From Euglena gracilis (lineage: Eukaryota), in NCBI GenBank assembly GCA_039621445.1, contig CP154954.1:62001-126000 (forward strand): a DNA stretch of 64,000 nt, read 5' to 3'. Of this stretch, positions 57,747 to 64,000 are shown piece after piece. The translations under genes and the position numbers were made by a program. The notes beneath the pieces were generated by a model, which did no database searches, was not told the origin of the DNA, and saw only the letters and a list, made by a program, of their open reading frames with translations. Every line of letters begins with the position of its first letter. Position 1 is the first letter of the stretch.

Positions 57747-60700
57747 ATGGTAAATGGTTGTAGAGTACGCTCTAATTTATTAGATTTGTGAATTAATTCT
57801 TAACTTTGGTTTTATTTATTACAAATAAATAAATAATTTTTTTTGGTATGTTTATGTTAGATAAAAATTTTACTGATGATACAACGAAATAGTTTTCGCT
57901 CCTTTTTAAAAAAGGGTTTGGTAGAAGAGTTAAGAAAAATAAAAGATATAGCTCATGAAGGCTTTAGGATAAGCTTTCAAACAGATAATGTGAAATATAA
58001 AAAGCCTAAAATATCTGCTGAATTTGCATTGAAAAACGGGGAAACATACAGTTTATCTGTTCATATACCTGTTGAAGTTACCTATAATAATATGTTCCTT
58101 GTTAGGAGAGATTTTTATTATTTTTCCTATTAATTTTATAATATATTTTTCATTATAATAATAAGTTTTTTTTTAGCAAAAAAGAATTTATTATCTTATT
58201 AAATAAATATATATATTATTTGCAAAAATTCCTTTAATGACTGAAAAAGGTACGTTTATTTTTAACGGTAATAAAAGAATTATGGATGTGGTTTATATTA
58301 TTACTTTTAATTTTTTATTAATTATATTTATAAGTTAATTTTTTTTTAATTTTTAGGTTTGAGTTTTTTTAATTCATTTTTAACCAAATTATTCGTAGTC
58401 CTGGCGTTTATTTTGAAAAAAATCGTTATAATGATTCCATATTTGCGACGTTAATACCAACTTTTGGTAGTTGGTTAACTTTTAAAATTGATGTGCGTTT
58501 TTAAATGTTATTTAGTAATTTGGATTTTTAAATTATATTTTTACATTAAATTAAATTCTTTTTTAAAATTGAAAATTTTTTATATTTGGGTCAAGACGAG
58601 GGAATTTTCGTTAAAGTAGACAAAATAAAGACAGCTATACCTTTAATAAATTTTTTGAAATGCTTAGGCCTATCCCGAAAAAAATTTTTTTTGTATCTTA
58701 ACGATCCTATTTTTATAGAAACGTTACAAGAAAGTGAGTCTTATGGTATTAGATTGGAATTTTTCGAATTTTATAAAATATTTTTTCCAAACGAAGTTAA
58801 TGTTCGTTTTTTGAGATTTTTATATGTTTGATTTTATTATTTTATATTATTTTTTTAGTTAATAAGATATTAATATTTTTTTTATTTTTTCAGATGTTTT
58901 TTTATCTGAAAGGAAATGCCCGAAAATTTTTACGTTCAAAGTTTATGGATCTTGAGTTTATTCGTGTATTTTTTGTAATTTACAAAAGTTAAATTTTTTA
59001 TAGATTATTTTAAAATTTTTTGATTTATTATTTTATGCCAGCATTATTAGCCGAGATTAAACACGTAAATATGATTTGGGTGAAGTAGGTCGCTTTAGGG
59101 TTAATACTAAAATTTATAGATCCGAATTTTTTCAAAGTAATAGAACTTTGCAACCCGAAGATGTTTTGGGTATAGCTCATTATTTGATTGAGTTAAAGAA
59201 AGGTTGGGAAATAATGAAGAATAATAGTATCTTTATTTGTTTGTTTATTTAAATTTATTAAAATTTTTATTTATTATAAAAATTTTTTAGCAATATTTTA
59301 TTAATGATACCTTTTGATGAGATCGATGATTTAAAAAACAAATTAGTACGTAGTATAGGTGAACTTCTTCAAAGTCAATTCCGAATTATTTTAAATGAAT
59401 TAGAATCTAGTTTAAAAGAAAAATTGATATTTCTTTATAAAAATCCTTCTGAAAAAACTTTTAGATTATCTAGATTTTTTAATTCTTACTTTATAACTAA
59501 TCGTATTCGAAAGTTTTTTTCTGTTAATCCACTTTCTCAATTGTTAGATGATACAAATTCTTTGTCTGAGCTTACACATAAAAGGAAGTTAAGTCCCTTT
59601 GGTCCTAATGGTCTTAATAAAGAAAGAACAAAGTTAGATGTAAGAGAAATAAATACTAGTCAATATGGAAGGGTTTGTCCTATTGAGACAAGTGAGGGAA
59701 AAAATGCTGGTTTGATTTTATCTTTAGCAAAAGATGTAAGAGTTGATAAGTATGGATTTTTAGAAAGCCCTTTTTATAAGGTTTTGAGAGGAAAGATAGA
59801 AACCAATAAAGGAATTTATTTTATTTCTTCTGCGCAGGAAAAATATTTTACAGTAGCTCCGTTTGATGTCTTTAGAAGTTCTCAAAGTAATCTTTTAGAT
59901 AAAAATAAGCTTCTAGGTGTTAAAAGAAGTAAAATTTTTTCATATTCTTTCTCAAAAAATATTGATTTTATAAGTATTTCAACAGATCAATTTACTTCAT
60001 TAGGTACAGGCTTAGTTCCTTTTTTGGAGCATAACGATGCTAATAGGGTTCTTATGGGTTCAAACATGCAACGACAATCTCTTATTTTATTGGAAAAGGA
60101 AGTTCCTTTTATAAAAACTGGACGCGAGGCTTTAATTAATCGAGAAAGTGATGCCACGGTTTTAGCAAAAAGTAGTGGAAAAGTAATTTATTCTAGTTTA
60201 AAAAAAATAGTTATTCAAGAGGAAGAATATTGTGCTAATATTGAATTTTTTAATAAAAATTATTCTTTTTTTAATTTATTGGGGTGCTTAAATGAAATAT
60301 CTCAAAAAAATTTTAAACTTATTAAAAAAGTTAACCAAAAAATTTATTTTTTAGAGTCTCCTAAGAAATCGAATCACGGTGTTTATATTCAGAAAATTCC
60401 TATTGTTCATGAAGGTGAGTGGGTTAGAAAAGGACAAATTATAGCTGATGGTATGAGTACATTAAGAGGTGGCATTTGTTTAGGAAAAAATGTTTTGGTC
60501 GCGTACCTTGGATGGGAAGGTTATAATTTTGAAGATGCCGTAATTATTAGTGAAAGGCTTGTTTTTGAAGATATTTTTACTTCTATACATATGAAAAAAT
60601 TTAAAACTTTTATTGTAAATGATGAAAAAAAAGGTGTGCGAATTTAAATTTAGTTAATTTTGAAAATTTAATTCTTAATTTTATTTTTCGTAAATTTTGG

Positions 60701-61996
60701 TATAAATATTATTTAGAGATATTTAATTATAACTTTTATTTGTTTTTAAAATTATTAATTTTTTTATAACTTTTTCAAAAATTTATATTTAGCTTTTTTT
60801 CATATTTCATTATTAATGAAAAATTAAATTCAATTAAAATTTTTTGATTTAAATGAAAAATGTTTATTTTATTTAATAAAGCTAAATCTATTATTAGTTT
60901 AGATGTTTAGTTTGAAAACGAATATTAATTTGTTAAGTTTTAAGAAAATATTAGTATGTTTATTCCTAATGCAAGTTTAAAAACTATTAAAAACTTGAAA
61001 AATAATGGTATTATTAAAATAGGTTCAGAGATTAAAGCACAGGATGTTTTAATTGGAAGAATTAAAGTTAAGTTAAAAAATACGCCAAAAAATAAAATGT
61101 TAATAGCATTTTTTGGCAATAAGGTACGAAAAGACGTTTCTTTACGTTCTCCTCGCTCTTTGGTAGGTATTGTTACAAGTGTTGAGATTTTATGTAAAAA
61201 GTCGAATTGTTCTGTTCTTATTCATGTTGCCGAAAAACGCAGAATACAAATAGGTGATAAAATTGCAGGACGGCATGGTAATAAAGGTATAATTTCGAAA
61301 ATTGTTCCGTCTATAGATATGCCTTTTCTTCCTGATGGTACACCTGTTGATATGATTTTAAATCCTCTAGGCATACCATCTAGAATGAATGTTGGTCAAG
61401 TCTTTGAAAGTTTGTTAAACTTGTCTTCTTTATTTTTGAAAGAAAGGTATAAAATTCAACCTTTTGATGAAGTCCAAACAAGTATGAATTCAAAATCTTT
61501 TGTGTATAAAAAATTAAATGAAGCGCGTAAAAGAACTAAAAAAGATTGGCTTTTTAATCCAAATTATCCAGGAAAAGCCTTTTTATATGATGGTAGAAAT
61601 TGTAGGCCTTTTGATCACCCTGTAGCTTTTGGTTATGCGTATATTTTAAAATTAATACATATGGTTAAAGACAAAATTCATGCGAGAGTTACCGGCCCTT
61701 ATTCTTCAGTAACTCAACAACCTTTACGTGGAAAATCGAAAAATGGTGGACAAAGGTTTGGGGAAATGGAGGTTTGGGCTATAGAAGGATTTGGTGCTGC
61801 ATATTTGTTGCAGGAGTTATTAACTATTAAATCTGATGATGTATTAAATAGATCAGAAGCGTTATTTAGTTTAATAAATGGTACTTATTTTTCTAAGCCA
61901 AATATTCCCGAAGCTTTCAAGTTATTTATTTTAGAAATGCAATCTTTATGTATTGATATTAAAATTTTTACAAATAATTATAAAAAATTCGATTAG
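57747..61996 (+). CDS. rpoB: RNA polymerase beta subunit, 9 exons; 7 group III introns (~93-110 nt, first at 57786-57878) and one group II intron (60636-60943)
   Basis: NLLD/IQRNSF, IPLMTEKGTFIFNG, CPIETSEGKNAGL, GSNMQRQ, GDKIAGRHGNKG, GGQRFGEMEVWA. Confidence 0.96.
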
Positions 61997-62079
61997 TTAA
62001 ATTTTTGAGTTATTTTTTTTTTATGAAGTTTTTATGGTCAATTAAGACCTGATACTTATTTTTATTTATTTTTGTATTT

Positions 62080-64000
62080 ATGAAAGATTATGTGAGAATA
62101 AAGATAGCTTCGCCACAACAAGTTTTAAGTTGGACGGAAAGATCTTTGCCTGATGGACGACTTATTGGTCGTTTAACAAATTTTGTGTTGATAATTAAAA
62201 TAATTTAAATAAAATATTTATTTTTTATTTTATTTTATTTTATATTTTTATAATTTTTTTATTTAATTGTATTACCAAAATTTTGATTTTTTTTTTACAA
62301 AAGTAATAATAAAATTATTTATTGAAGGATAATTGTAAATTTTTTCCCTTTCTTTTAAAAAAATTTTTTTTTTTTAATATTTAGGAAGGTGGAAGATATG
62401 TTACATTTTGAAACAAATAAACCCGTGTTTGGTGGATTACTTTGTGATCGAATTTTTGGTTGAACCAAAACAAATCAATTTTGTTTTGTAAACTCTAAAA
62501 AAAGGTTTGAGAATGATGATGCTAATAACTTTGTTCTTGTATGTGCAAATTGTTTTGTAGAAATCAATAACTGTAACAGAAGGCGTTTTAGAATGGGCTA
62601 ATGTTTTTTTTATGGGACTTTATAGAACAGATATTTTAACAATTTATTTATAATTTTAATTTTAATTTTTTATATTGTTGCAAGGAATTTTAATTTAATA
62701 TCCTTTATATTGATTTAGTATTTCCATTAATTCATACATGGTATTTAAAAAGTAGGCCTTGTTATTTAGCAAATGAGAATTATTTTTAATATTAATCTGT
62801 TCTAAAAAATAAAAAAGTTTTTAATTTTTAAAAATTTGATGAAATTTTATATTGTTTTTTTTAAGATATTTGTATGATTTAAATTTTGAATGACTAAAAT
62901 TTTAAGTAATTAAACAATGAATGTTTTTAACATTTTTAATCTTTTATTATGTTGGGATAGAAGGTAAAAAATATAAAAAAAATGTGTTTTATGGATTCAT
63001 ATATAAAAATTCGAAATAATGATGGACAAACTGTAGGCATCTTGACTGGGGCAGAAGCTATTTATTCAAGATTATCTAAAATAGATTTAGAAAGCTTTTG
63101 TGCAATTTAATAATTTTTTTGTTTGAAATTTTTTCCTAAATTTTTTAATATTTTTTAAAACATTAGAAAAATATTTTGAAAAATATTTTATTCAAGTAAT
63201 AGAATTCTTATATAAAAGGTTAGTTTTGTGAATACTAGTTTTAAAATTATAATAAGGTAATTTTAATTGTAATCTTGTTTTAATTTTAAAAATTATTAGT
63301 TTTGTTTATGTATATTATAGGGAATTTTTAATATTCACTAATTTGGCATTGAAAAATTAAAGGAGTACAATTTCGAAAAATATTTATGGTTGCGAAAAAA
63401 ATTTATAAATCGTATAAAATTAGTTAATGCTTTTATACAAACTAATACTAAGCCTATTTGGATCATGATTCATTTTTTACCAGTCTTACCTCCGGATATT
63501 AGACCCGTTGTAAAATTGCAAGATGGAACAGTTATTATGACTGATTTAAATTTTTTGTATATTGATATTATCTACGGTAACAACAAAAGTGCGTTATGTT
63601 TTAGTTTAAAGAAAAAATAAAGTAGTTAATTTTTTAGAAACTAAAGGGAAAAAAAAAAAGGGAAAAAAGAGGGGGAAAAAAAAAAAAAAATAAAAAGGGG
63701 GAGGGAAAAAAAAAAAAAAAAAAAAGAAAAAAACAAAAATTAATTTAATTTGTTTACTTGGTAAAAAAGCTTTATGATTTTGCAAAATCTTTTATAGTTT
63801 GTAAGACGACTAGGCTATTATTTATTTTAATATTTTTACATATGTCGATCTTTTTAATAAAGCTAAGAAAATTCTTACTTCCTGAAGAATTTATGCTTAA
63901 TGAAAAACGTTCTCTTCAAGTAAAAGTTGATGCATTTATAAATAATGAAAATATATCAGAGAATCCATATGAACAAAATGATTTGTGTTAACTTTTTTTT
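62080..64000 (+). CDS. rpoC1: RNA polymerase beta' subunit, 5' part, many group III introns; runs off the window
   Basis: MKDYVRIKIASPQQVLSW, GGLLCDRIFG, RRFRMG/YIDL..P.IHTWY, LPVLPPDIRP, NEKRSLQVKVDA. Confidence 0.93.

Noticed and set aside
58200..58222. rpoB exon 3 apparent 2-nt frameshift in an (AT)n run
   Set aside because: Dinucleotide stutter typical of long-read consensus
63615..63735. A/G-only tract in an rpoC1 intron (G-quadruplex or triplex element?)
   Set aside because: Opposite to the U-rich bias of neighbouring introns and made of homopolymers; likely a base-calling failure

Overview
AT-rich euglenid plastid DNA. Gene order, the group II/III introns and twintrons, and the tandem ~5.92-kb rRNA operons with pseudo-tRNA leaders all match Euglena gracilis chloroplast DNA as I recall it. 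Layout: (1) 1-18.3 kb, mostly minus strand: atpE exon 1, atpB, petB, psbN/psbH (+), psbT, psbB, trnY-H-M-W-E-G, rps4/rps11/trnL (+), trnR-N-V, rpoC2, 3' rpoC1. (2) A fold-back centred near 18,491 repeats rpoC1(3')-rpoC2-tRNAs-rps11-rps4 in inverted orientation, then decays into G-poor and poly-T noise to ~29.3 kb; this is most likely a long-read/assembly artefact. (3) 29.3-33.7 kb: ORF350-like region with paralogous or decayed ORFs. (4) 33.9-56.5 kb: four complete 16S-trnI-trnA-23S-5S operons, the first using a variant 16S with a 9-nt deletion and a 29-nt antisense insert in its leader. (5) rpoB and 5' rpoC1 (+). Local sequence quality is poor (homopolymer errors, lone stops and frameshifts), and splice junctions may be off by 1-3 nt. 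I see no clearly new biological system. The best leads are the fourth operon with its cis-antisense leader insert, a circularly permuted pseudo-trnW, and a small family of ORF350-like remnants around the rDNA array.
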